In this document: positions 51,355 through 63,635 of the stretch, one piece after another | Layout: each line of letters opens with the position of its first letter | Position numbering within the stretch: position 1 is the first letter of the stretch | Notes under the pieces: generated by a model | Told to the model about the DNA's origin: nothing | The model's database searches: none | The model's input: the letters and a program-made list of their open reading frames with translations, nothing else | Translations under genes and position numbers: made by a program | Source of the DNA: Squalus acanthias | Taxonomy: Eukaryota | Direction: 5' to 3' | Assembly (NCBI GenBank): GCA_030390025.1 | Contig: CM059432.1 | Location: 66,032,001 to 66,096,000, forward strand | DNA: 64,000 bases

Positions 51355-54300
51355 AATAGATAGAACAGTACAGCACAGTACAGGCCCTTCGGCCCTCGAT
51401 GTTGTGCCGAGCATTGTCCGAGACCAAGATCAAGCTATCACACTCCCTATCACTCTGGTGTGCTCCATGTGCTTATCCAATAACCGCTTGAAAGTTCCTA
51501 AAGTGTCCGACTCCACTATCACAGCAGGCAGTCCATTCCACACCCCAACCACTCTCTGAGTAAAGAATCTACCTCGGACATCCCTTCTATATCTCCCCCC
51601 ATGCACCTTATAGTTATGCCCCCTTGTAACAGCTGCCTCTACCCGAGGAAATAGTCTCTGAACATCCACTCTATCTATCCCCCTCATCATCTTATAAACC
51701 TCTATTAAGTCGCCTCTCATCCTCCTCCGCTCTAAAGAGAAAAGCCCCAACTCCCTCAATCTTTCCTCATAAGACCTCCCCCCCAAACCAGGCAGCATCC
51801 TGGTAAATCTCCTTTGCACTCTTTCCAATGCTTCCTACGTCCTTCCTATAGTGAGGTGACCAGAACTGCACACAATATTCCAAATGTGGTCTCACCAAGG
51901 TCCTGTACAGTTGCAGCATAACCTCACGGTTCTTAAACTCAAACCCTCTGTTAATAAACGCCAACACACCATAGGCCTTCTTTACTGCTCTATCCACTTG
52001 AGTGGCAACCTTCAGAGATCTGTGGATATGAACCCCCAGATCCCTCTGCTCCTCCACGTTCCTCAGAACCCTGCCGTTGACCCTGTAATCCTTATTCAAA
52101 TTTGCCCTACCAAAATGAATCACCTCGCACTTATCAGGGTTAAATTCCATCTGCCATTTTTCGGCCCAGCTCTGCATCCTATCAATGTCTCTTTGCAGCC
52201 TACAACTGCCCTCCACCTCATCCACTACTCCACCAATCTTGGTGTCATCAGCAAATTTACTGATCCACCCTTCAGTCCCCTCCTCCAAGTCATTGATAAA
52301 AATCACAAACAGCAGAGGACCCAGCACCGACCCCTGTGGCACACCGCTGGTAACTGGTCTCCAGTCCGAAAATGTTCCATCCACCACCACCCTCTGCCTT
52401 CTATGAGATAGCCAGTTACTTATCCAATCGGCCAAATTTCCCTCTATCCCACAACTCCTTACTTTCTTCATGAGACGACCATGGGGAACCTTATCAAACG
52501 CCTTACTAAAATCCATGTATACGACATCAACTGCTCTACCTTCATCTACACACTTAGTTACCTCCTCAAAGAATTCAATCAAATTTGTTAGGCAAGACTT
52601 ACCCTTCACGAATCCGTGTTGACTATCCCTGATTAAGTTGCCCCTTTCCAAATGGTCATAAATCCTATCCCTCAGGACCTTTTCCATTATCTTACCAACC
52701 ACCGAAGTAAGACTAACCGGCCTATAATTACCAGGGTCATTCCTATTTCCTTTCTTGAAGAGAGGAACAACATTCGCCACTCTCCAGTCCTCTGGCACCA
52801 TCCCCGTGGACAGTGAGGACCCAAAGATCAAAGCCAGAGGCTCTGCAATCTCCTCCCTTGCCTCCCAAAGAATCCTAGGATATATCCCATCTGGCCCAGG
52901 GGACTTATCGACCCTCAGGTTCTTCAAAATTGCTAAAACATCTTCCCTCAGAACATCTACCACCTCCAGCCTATCCACCTTTATCACACTCTCATCCTCA
53001 AGAACATGGCCCCTCTCCTCGGTGAACACTGACGAAAAGTATTCATTCATCACCTCTCCTATCTCTTCTGACTCCATGCACAAGTTCCCACTACTGTCCT
53101 TGACCGGCCCTACCCTCACCCTGGTCATTCTTTTATTTCTCACATAAGAGTAAAAAGCCTTGGGGTTTTTCTTGATCCGACCCGCCAAGGACTTCTCATG
53201 CCCCCTCCTAGCTCTCCTAAGCTCTTTTTTTAGCTCATTCCTTGCTACCTTGTACCCCTCAATCGACCCAACTGAACCTTGTTTTCTCATCCTTACATAC
53301 GCTTCCTTTTTCCTCTTGACTAGACATTCAACCTCTTTTGTGAACCATGGTTCTCTCACTCGGCCATTTCCTCCCTGCCTGACAGGGACATACCTATCAA
53401 GGACACGCAGTAATTGCTCCATGAAAAAGCTCCACTTTTCGTTTGTGCCTTTCCCTGATAGTTTCTGTTCCCATCTTATACTCCCTAATTCTTGCCTAAT
53501 CGCATCATAATTACCCCTCCCCCAATTTTAAGCCCTGCCCTGCCGTATGGCCCTATCCCTCTCCATTGTAATAGTGAAAGTTACCGAATTGTGGTCACTA
53601 TCTCCAAAGTGCTCTCCCACATACAAATCAAACACTTGGCCCGGTTCATTACCCAGTACCAAATCCAACGTGGCCCCACCTCTTGTCGGCCTATCCACAT
53701 ATTGTGTCAGGAAACCCTCCTGCACACACTGTGCAAAAACTATCCCATCCGAACTGTTTGACCTATAAAGGTTCCAATCAATATTTGGAAAGTTGAAGTC
53801 ACCCATGACAACTACTCTGTGACCTCCACACCTATTCATAATCTGCTTTGCAATTTCTTCCTCCACATCTTTATTACTATTTGGGGGCCTGTAGAAAACT
53901 CCTAACAACGTGACCGCTCCTTTCCTATTTCTAACTTCAGCCCATATTACCTCAGATGGCAGATCCCCCTCGAACTGCCTTTCTGCCGCTGTTAAACTAT
54001 CCTTGATTAACAATGCCACTCCTCCACCTTTCTTACCAACTTCCCTACTCTTACTGAAACATCTATACCCCGGAACTTCCAACAACCATTCCTGTCCCTG
54101 TTCTAACCATGTCTCCGTAATGGCCACCACATCGTAGTCCCAAGTACCAATCCACGCTCCAAGTTCTCCTACCTTATTCCGGATGCTCCTTGCATTGAAG
54201 TAGACACACTTCAAGCCATCTTCCTGTCTGCCGGTACATTCCTGCGACCTTGATACCCTCCTCAGTACCTCCCTACACTCACCACTGGCTCGTGGACTAC

Positions 54301-54393
54301 AGCCCTTTTTCCCATCCCCCTGACAAATTAGTTTAAACCCCCCCGAAGAGCCGTAGCAAATTTCCCTCCCAGGATATTGGTGCCCCTCTGGTT
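51355..54393 (-). mobile_element. Young CR1 LINE: ORF1 3' end plus near-intact ORF2
   Basis: Endonuclease (NARSI, ITETW, MGDFN, SDH) and RT (GVPQGSVLGP, FADD) share one frame apart from a TAA at 53528-53530 and one frameshift near 51835. Confidence 0.97.
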
Positions 54394-55651
54394 TGAGAGT
54401 CAGCTAAACGCTGCTTTATAAAGAAGGGGCTGGTAAATCAGGACTCTCTATTTAAAATTTAGATATGATACTGGCTCCAAATAACAAATGTAACTTGTGA
54501 CCTCATTGAAACTTCTTCTGCTATCTTGCTATGGTGAATTTTGATTATTCTGCCAGTAACTTTGAAGTCAGCATTATACTCCATATTGTCAACTTAGATT
54601 CCCTGTTTCATGGGTAACACGCCACCTTTTTAAGTTACTGTCTCCTCTTTTCCTTTGAGTCTCTTCAACTACACACCATCCACAACTGATAGGCCAGTGA
54701 GGGATAATCTGCAACCTGGTGTCTTTCAGCACTACTCTGTTACTACTGATAATGAGGAGATGTGCAAGAGCTGACTGTGAATATTCATTATCTGATTTTC
54801 CATCTCTTCATGAAGAGAATTCCTGGCCTCTGCTCAGTACTTCCCTAAAGTGATAGGGTTGAAATAATGAACTGAACAGTGTGAAGGAATATGGGGCATC
54901 AATTCTCACCCCACCACTCAATAGCACTGTTCATTATTACACCACTGAATATTCCCTGAGTTTTTAACAGCTAAATTCCTACCTTCGCTAGCCCTTCCCC
55001 AGTAGTACTTTGCAAATTTCTTTAAATCACTGCTCTGCTGATCATCCGATGCTCACATTCAGAAAGCAAACATTGTGAATGTCTTGAGTGAAAAGCAATG
55101 CACATAAGGTATTGTCCAATAAATGAAATGATGAATTGAATGCACTGCCATGATACTATGTGTTGGAGCACCAACACATGAAGTCGTGAACACTTGGGAC
55201 AGCTAAAATAAATCTCCATCTTGTCGAGTTCCCAGTCTTAGTCACATTGGGGTGCGACAGCAATGAACAGAGACAAAGCTCTTCTCAATAGAAATCAGAG
55301 GGAGAGCCATCTCCAGGCTGCTTTCACACACCTCACTAACCCAATATACTCACATAATTCGACAAGCAGGACACCAGCCCACCCTCTCAATGCAGCAGGT
55401 TTGTTTCACAGGGAGATTAGGAGGGAGATTTTGAGGCCTCCCACCTGGCAAAACTGGGTGTTAGTGCCCCAAATTTGTGGGGAAGAACTTACTGCCCCAT
55501 TCACACCATCACTGTGCCCATCGCCGTTTTGACAGGGTTCTTTGAACAGCTGGCCGCCTGAAGCAAGTGCACAGCTAATTTAGGTATTTAAATTGGAGGC
55601 CTACGATGTGACTAGGACCCAAAGCCATTTTAGGACTATACTGGGCAAAGC

Positions 55652-57005
55652 ATAAGAACATAAGAAATAGGAGCAGGAGTCGGCCATTCGGCCCCTCCAG
55701 CCTGCTCCGCCATTCAATAAGATCATGGCTGATCTGATCTTGGCCTCAACTCCACTTTCTCGCCCACTCCCCATAACCCTTAACTCCCCTGTAGCTCAAA
55801 TATCTGTCTATCTCCGCCTTGAATATATTCAATGACTCCGCCTCCACAGCTCTCTGGGGTCGAGAATTCCAAAAATTCACGACCCTCTGAGAGAAGAAAT
55901 TCCTCCTCATCTCCGTTTTAAATGGGCGACCCCTTATTCTGGAACTATGCCCCCTAGTTCTAGATTCCCCCACGAGGGGAAACATCCTCCCTGCATCTAC
56001 CCTGTCAAGCCCCCTCAGAATCTTATATGTTTCAATAAGATCACCTCTCATTCTTCTAAACTCCAATGAGTATAGGCCCAATCTGCTCAACCTTTCTTCA
56101 TAAGACACCCCCTTCATCTCAGGAATCAACCTCGTGAACCTTCTCTGAACTGCCTCCAATGTAAAGTATATTCCTCCTTAAATAAGGAGACCAAAACTGC
56201 ACGCTGTACTCCAGATGTGGTCTCATCAGCGCCCTGTACAGTTATAGCAAGACTTCCCTACTTTTATACTCCATCCCCCTTGTAATAAGGGCCAACATTC
56301 CATTTGCCTTCCTAATTACTTGCTGTACCTGCATGCTAACTTTTTGTGTTTAATGTACGAGGGCCCCCAGATCCCTCGGTACTGCAGCATTTTGTAGTCT
56401 CTCTCCATTTAAATAATAATTAGCTTTTTTATTCTTCCTACCAAAGTGGATAACCTCACATTTTCCTACATTATACTCCATCTGCCAATTTTTTGCCCAC
56501 TCACTTAACCTAACTATATTCCTTTTCAGACTCTTTTTTGTGTCCTCCTCACAACTTGCTTTCCCACCTATCTTTGTATCATCAGCAAATTTGGCTACAG
56601 TATACTCGGCCCCTTTATCCAAGTCATTAATATAGATTGTAAATAGTTGAGGCCCCAGCACTGATCCCTGTGGCACCCCACTAGTTACAGTTTGCCAACC
56701 TGAAAATGACCCATTTATCCCGACTCTCTGTTTCCTGTTAGCTAGCCAATCCTCTATCCATGCTAATATATTACCCCCAACACCGTGAGCTCTTATCTTG
56801 TGCAGTAACCTTTTATGTGGCACCTTATCGAATGCCTTCTAGAAATCCAAATACACTACATCTACTGGTTCCCCTTTATCCACCCTACTCGTTACATCCT
56901 CAAATAACTCTAGTAAATTTGTCAAACACGATTTCCCTTTCATAAAACCATGTTGACTCTGCTTAATTGTATTATGATTTTCTAAATGTCCTGCTATTAC
57001 TTCCT
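55652..57005 (-). mobile_element. CR1 LINE, 5'-truncated
   Basis: SQHGFMKGKSCLTNL, GVPQGSVLGPQLF and AKFADD; tail (ttcttatg). Confidence 0.93.
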
Positions 57006-57377
57006 TATGCACCTTCCATGCTCCACCCAGTATCAGCTGGCGGTCCAGCTGAAGCAGCGACATGCTCATTTTGTTATGTGTGGCCAGGGGGAGCAGCAGT
57101 GTTCCTCAAAGTTCCCTAAAAATAACCTGGGTCACTGCCACACTGGGTTACCCCTCTTCCCAAGAACTGATATATTCCCCCTTCTCCCAATCCATCTTTT
57201 TCCAGTCCGGTGGCCGGTTAGGTTGCCTGATATAGTCTAATCTGTGATGAGCTAACAGATCTCATCCAGGAAGGCAGAGGAGCCTTTACAGTTGGCCTTA
57301 ATGTCCCTGAGCTAAGGAGGGAAAATCAACCAGTGATCTCCATCTTAGCTGTTGTCCAGTGACTCTTGCCAAAATTT

Positions 57378-58360
57378 GTGTGTGTGTGTAAGTGCGTGAG
57401 TGTGTGCATGTGAATGTGTGTGTGTGTGCAAGTTTGCGTATGAGTGTGTGTCTGCGTGCGACCGTGCGTGTAGGTGTGTGTGTCATTGTTTGTGTGTGTG
57501 CATGCTATTCTTCATGTGTGTGCGTGTGAGTGTGTGTGTGTGCGAGTGTGTGCATGCGTGCGACCATGCGTGTGTGTGCATGTTATTCTTTGTGTATGTG
57601 TGCATGCGAGTGTGTGTGTGCGTGCGAGTGTGTGTGCGTGCATGCATGTGTGTGTGTGAGTGTGTGTGTGCATGCGTGTGTGTTTTGCGTGCATGTATGT
57701 GTGTGTGCGAGTGCGTGTGTGCGTGCGTGTGTGCGTGCAAGTGCGTGTGTGCGTGCGAGTGTGGGTGTGCGTGCGAGTGCGTGTGTGCGTGCGAGTGTGT
57801 GTGTGTGCGAGTGCGTGTTTGCGTGCGAGTGTGTGCGTGCGAGTGCGTGTGTGCGTGCGTGTGTGTGCGTGCGAGTGTGTGTGCGTGCGTGTGTGCGTGC
57901 GAGTGTGTGTGCGTGCGTGTGTGCATGCGAGTGTGTGTGTGCATGCGAGTGTGTGTGTGCGAGCGTGTGTGCGTGCGAGTGTGTGTGTGCATGCGAGTGT
58001 GTGTATGCGTGCGAGTGTGTGTGTGCGTGCGAGTGTGTGTGTGCGTGCGAGTGCGTGTGTGCGTGCGAGTGTGTGTGCGTGCGAGTGTGTGTGCGTGCGA
58101 GTGTGTGTGTGCGTGCGAGTGTGTGTGCGTGCGAGTGTGTGTGCGTGCGAGGGTGTGTGTGTGTGCGTGTGTGTGTGTGCGTGCGAGTGTGTGTGTGCGT
58201 GCGTGCGAGTGTGTGTACGTGCGAGTGTGTGTGTGCGTGCGAGTGTGTGTGTGCGTGCGAGTGTGTGTGTGTGTGCGAGTGTGTGTGTGCGTGCGTGCGT
58301 GTGTGTGCGTGCGAGTGTGTGTGTGCGTGCGAGTGGGTGTGTGCGTGCGAGTGTGTGTGC
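57378..58360. repeat. About 1-kb compound (TG)n/(TGCG)/(TGCGAG) microsatellite
   Basis: Direct reading. It explains the spurious CV/HT-rich ORFs. Confidence 0.97.
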
Positions 58361-58984
58361 ATTTAAGTGTGGCAACGGGGGTAGCTCTGCCAGCCAGCCA
58401 CCCAAAACTGCATGAAGGGAAAATCTACCCCTGGAAGAACAGATAAATGCAGGGAAAAATTAAATGGTAAGATGCCACAAAAACAATTCCATTTAACTAT
58501 ATTTAAGCATACACAAATGATGTAATTATTTATTGTCTATCATTTAAAATTAGGGATAAATTCGCTTAGCTGCTCCCCAAGTCTTTATTCCTCAGGTTTT
58601 TCTCGTAGTGCGACCATTCAGGTGTTAGTGTGGACAAAACTACTTCAGACAATTATATTGGCAGTCATTCATGGTATAACATTTGACACTGTTTTGAAAA
58701 TAATATTGATACAATACTTGTAATATTTCATAGTGTCCACAACAATCTAATGGAGAGGGTTAGATTAATGTACATTATAACAAATAGATCACATATTAGC
58801 TTTAAAAGCATCCTTCAATTTTAAAACATGTGGTTGGAATGTTTGCCTTCGATGGGGTGTAAAACTGTCAGTATCTGATTGGCTGCTCGTTATACACCCT
58901 GCCCGCTTTTCCTTTTCATTGACTGCTTGCTTTGGTACAGTCCCACAGATGCCAGCCTTCCCCCGGTACCTTGCTCTAGTGGTT

Positions 58985-59290
58985 ATTTGAGCCTGGACAG
59001 TGAATGTCAGATGGCTATTTGACTTTGAGGGCATCAAAGCCAAGCCCAATCCTATCCGACGCCACTGCCGCTACGCACATGCACACAGGCATTCCAGCCA
59101 GAGCCACTGGACAGCGGCTAGGAGCGAGAACCTGGTTCATTTTTCCTCCTTTGCTCAGGGGCATTATTGCAAATTTTCCAACCGTCCCTGCGTTCAGTTA
59201 TCTCAGCACAGACTGGTCATCAAACCTTGGTCTGGACAGCTCAGGATCATTTTGGGCATAACATTCACGAGCTGAGCCAATGGGGCAGCT
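58985..59290 (-). mobile_element. SINE-like repeat (relatives at about 11160-11320, 21870-22000, 27540-27790, 57230-57377)
   Basis: Shared motifs such as ccctgagc...ggaggaaaa and gctgtccagtgg, and a tRNA-like head gctcagctcg. Confidence 0.55.
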
Positions 59291-59598
59291 CCTTCCTCAG
59301 GGTTTCTGTTGAACCTCCAACTGTAGACAAATAGTGAAAATCTGCTGATCTCTATGTTGTTGATGAATTGACATTCTTCTACCACAATTTTTCCAGTAGC
59401 GTTGCAGCTGAAGAGGACATTTTTTAATCTTCCGACGTAAATGGCCATTTAAAGGCTGCACTGTTTAAAACCTTGAAATCTAACAGTAGTAAGTAAATCT
59501 ATGGCAGTAGACTTCTTGTCCAATATCACTGGTACAGATGTATTGTCTAATTATTTATAATCCAGATCTTCTATTTTGCGAACAGAATAGCTAACAAT

Positions 59599-60686
59599 GG
59601 CTGGAATTTTCTTTGGGGAGGTGGGTTTGGTGGCGGGGCGGGGTCCGAAGTGGGCGGGAAACCCGTGAGGCCGGGTTTCCCACAGGCCCTGCTGACTTCA
59701 CCGGCAGAGCCTAATTTGAATATGAGGCCTCGATTTCCCGCCCGCAGCCAGCCAGCTTGAGAGGCTGGCTGGCTGTGGGCAGGTAGGCCTCAGTTGGCCT
59801 CAGAGGGGTCAGTTCGGGGGAGGGATCGCAGGAGGGGGGTCAGCAATCAGCGGGGGGGGGGGGCGGGGGGGGCGCAGAGAATCAGGAGGGGTTCGGCAAT
59901 TGGCAGTAGGGGGAGGCGGTGTCGGGAATCGGGAGGAGCTCAGCAATTAACCGGGGGTGGGGGTGTGGGGGTGTCGGGAATCGGTGGAGGGGTGTCGGCA
60001 ATCGGCGGGGAGGGGATCGGGAATCGGGAGGGGAGAGAGAGGATTGGCGAGGGAGGCAGTTGCAGGATCGGCAAGGGATCAGGGATGTCGGGGATCAGCA
60101 GGCAAGCGGGGATCGCGGGGGGGGATCGATGATTGCGGGGCGGATCGGGGATCGCGGGGGGAGTGGTTGGCCAGGGATTGGGGGGAAGGGAGGATCGGCA
60201 GGGGGGCCCGAGGATCGGGGCTGGCCACTGGAGGATCGTGGGTGGCCTCATCATCATTGTTGAGGGTGGGAAGACTGGGGGAAGTGCAGGGGAGACCTGG
60301 GAATGCAATCGGAGGCCTCGTGAGGGGGGTCTCCGATCACCGGAGGTGTTTATGGTCGCGTCCCTGGATCCAGGAGGTAGGTATAAAGCCACTTACCTCC
60401 TGGATGCAGCAGTCCCCGCCTCTGTTTAACTGCCAGGTTTAACACATTGTGTGAAACACGTTCCCAGGCAGTTACATTTAAAATGGACAGTGAAAAAGAA
60501 GCTTCCAGCCGTATTACAATATTTAAATTGAGGTAATGCCCCCTGGGAGTGGGTTAGTCGCCCGCCTCCAGCAAAACCGGAAGTGGGTGGGTTGGAGGCG
60601 GGATCAGGTCGGGAATCCCATTTTTAACAATTTAACTGCCCCCACGCTCCAAACCCACCCGTTTTTTTAATGGGAAAATTACGGCC
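59599..60686. mobile_element. GC-rich Harbinger-type non-autonomous element
   Basis: Ends ggctggaatttt / aaaattacggcc with flanks AAT/TAT; G-rich gggatcg-type interior. Confidence 0.8.
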
Positions 60687-61001
60687 TATGTGTTTTTTGT
60701 GACTTAAAGGTACTAAATCTTTACTCAGATATAGAGGAGCTCTACTAATTACTCGAACCTTTCTTGTCCTGGAATAGTGATGATCACTTGATGAAAGTGC
60801 TGCTGCCACTTCTAATTGTGCTTCACTGTTTACCTGTACATTCTCTTCCTTGCCAGTAATCTATCAGTTAAATCATAGGAGCCAAATTTAGGAAGCCTTG
60901 TGATTAAACTATTAAAATTCCACAATGCATCCTGGCAATCAATCAATAACTCCGATTATGTCAAATGGCAATGGAGGATATATGACCCATAGCTTCCTTA
61001 C

Positions 61002-61032
61002 CTCAGCTCCTGTGCCACAGGCTCCACTGGAA
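61002..61032 (-). CDS. ST18: ST18 coding exon (31 nt, (V)PVEPVAQEL(S))
   Basis: Minus strand reads ttccctctgttgacag|TT CCA GTG GAG CCT GTG GCA CAG GAG CTG AG|gtaagg. The peptide resembles ST18 VPMDSLIQELS and MYT1L VPVEPAIQEL (recalled). Its phase-2 end fits the next exon. Confidence 0.85.
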
Positions 61033-61764
61033 CTGTCAACAGAGGGAATATGAGAATAAAAACAGGTAAGTTTACATTTCCACTACAAGAGCTTCTGCTG
61101 TTTGCACCTGTCTCTCTGTGCTGACTCCAGCTGTAGTGTCAAAACCACAGGTGAGCTTAAGTTCACAGCAATGTCACTGGTAAAGTCATTACAAGTTTAT
61201 TTTCACTAGGAACAATGCATTCATTGTACACATTTAAACCCGAGTGATATAACATACAGTGGCTCCAGTTTTCCTGTCTTTGATGCCAGTTTTCCTGTCT
61301 CTGCTCCTGGCAGTAAGATTACTAATGAACTTTACAAGTTATGGTGTGCAAAGTACCACTTTCCCTGCTAGTGCAGTGCTGGTCCAAATTAATGCTTAGA
61401 GCTCATTTTAAAGAACTTCTAGACAGCTTTCCCTCACTCTCTTTAGCCATTTTAGCACAATATGTGCATTGGTGTGAGTGCTTATATCTGTCCAAGAGAC
61501 TAAGACCTGGAGATTACACTGTGCAATAATAGCATAAAAATGCTCAATGCATCTGCTATTTTAAAGGAGCTATAAGCCCAATTTCATAAGAATGTCTTAA
61601 GCATTTGTGCAGTATTATCACAAAGTCTAATTTTCAGGGTTAGTTGTTTTGTTTCATTTTTAATATTTTAAAGAAATAAGAAAGGAAAAAAGGAGATGGA
61701 TATGGACTTCAGGCTATGGCAATAATCCATCTGAAACTGTTTTTGTTTTAAATAATTAAATAAA

Positions 61765-62170
61765 TAACTTGCATTTATATAGCACTTTCACATCCTCAGG
61801 ATGCCCCAAAGTGCTTCACAGCCAACAGATTACTTTTGAGGTTCATGACCACTTTATGCACAGCAAGATCCCACAAACAACATATGACCAGTTGATCTGT
61901 TTTTGGTAGTGCTAGTTATGAGAGAAATGTTGGCCAGAACATCAGAACAACTCTCTACTCTTCTTCAAAAAACACCATGGGATTTGTTTTACATCCACCT
62001 AAACGGGCAGACAAGTCTTACCTGAAAGACCGTACTTCTGACAATACAGCACTCTCTCAGTACTGTGCTGAGATATCAGCATAAGATGTATGCTTAAATC
62101 CTGTAATGGGGCATAAATAATACAACCTTCTAACCCAGATATATGAGTGCTACTATCACTGAGCCAAGCT
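61765..62170 (-). mobile_element. Deu-domain SINE
   Basis: cacagcaagatcccacaaac core and an L2-like tail (ttgcatttatatagc on +). Confidence 0.7.
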
Positions 62171-63635
62171 GATTATTTTTTAACTGACAACAGCTATTCT
62201 ATGATCTGAGTTCTTTCAGCGTAATGTTGGGAAGCAGGTCATTTGAAGTGCTGACCCATTCTGATATACACTCCTGCACCCCCTGCCCCACACTTCATTT
62301 GAGAGGTACTCTAAATTCCTTCTGCTCCGAAAGGGGGACATTCTGTAATTGGTGCAACAATTTTTCCACATTAGTGGAGAAACTAGCTAGTAATCTTGAG
62401 ATTAAGAAATGTTTTGGGCCAAAAAATTACTTTTAATTACTGATTTTTTTTGTAGTTATGCTCTAATAATAAAATTGTGAAAAAAGTTACTGTAAACAGT
62501 AACAAAAGTAGGGACATATTTATGCTCCTACCATATCAGTGTGAGGCAAACATAGGTAGATAGACTGAATACTGAACAGTCAGGCTATGAATAGAGATTA
62601 CTCCAACATTGCCAAATGATATATAGCATTTTAGTACATTTTATGTGCCATGACTGCAATTATGCACTATGGAGCTGTGGAAGGAGCAGAGAGTAAAATT
62701 GATTTGTTTTCTGTGCATCACAGGACATCTGCATTTTTTAATTTTAAATGAAAAAAACTGGCTTCAATCAATGGCACAGGTAAAGTGTACCATTTTTCAT
62801 AACTTTTGTAAAACAAACAAAACAAAGAGTGAAAACAAAAATGTCAGAAAAGTATGTCCAAAAGATATTACTGACTTTATTCTTTGCTTTAAAAAGAAAC
62901 CGATTTGCATAAATTTGAAACACTGGAGGCAATGGCTTTGGACTCACCAGTAAGTAAGCCCAATAGAGAACCAGGCAAACTGGCATCTATCTCTGTATTC
63001 AGATGGCACAGCTGATCCGCATGGCACACCACTGAATAAAATTACATTTTTATGCTCTGGTGCACTCAGCTATTAGTATCACACCAGCAGAGATTACAAA
63101 ATTCTACCTCATGTTTCATGATGGTCTACGTGAGACAATCTATTTCATATTTACGTTGCACAGATGTAAGTAATGTAGTTTCCACAGCTTTAAGCAAGAA
63201 AATGAATTAACATAAATGGTAATTTTTTTGCTTGTATTAGAAAATTAATATTTTAAAATGTTTTATCACCCTTCTTGTAATGCTGGTTTTTGTATTATTC
63301 AACAAGGAAAAATCATGTGACTAAAAGAGGAGGTAATTTTCAGAGTTCACGCTGCTGGCAGACTCTCCACTGTTGGCCGTATGTATCGAGAAATTGCAGG
63401 CATGCTGCCTATAGTTCACCATCCATTAAAATCGATAAATGGAAAATCATGGGCCACATGCCCGTAATTTTCCAATATGCATTGCCGATAAGAAAGCTCC
63501 CACTGGCATTCCAAACTCAGAAGGTTCGTCCTATTATCTTTATACATTTGCTCATTGTCCCTGGGATTTTAGCACTCTGGAGTTGTGGAATGGATAAAAA
63601 CAGTACAATTAGTCATCATTGTACAAAATATTTTG

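Noticed and set aside
57400..58446. Long Cys/Val- and His/Thr-rich ORFs
   Set aside because: Translations of a microsatellite that is open in most frames.
60720..60809. ORF with DHHYSRTRKVRV resembling the MYT1L N-terminus
   Set aside because: It is on the wrong side of the 31-nt exon and has no suitable donor; probably chance.
61062..61071. Perfect plus-strand donor CAG|GTAAGT suggesting an antisense gene
   Set aside because: No supporting antisense exon. Its complement CTTAC fits a branch point about 35 nt upstream of the ST18 acceptor.
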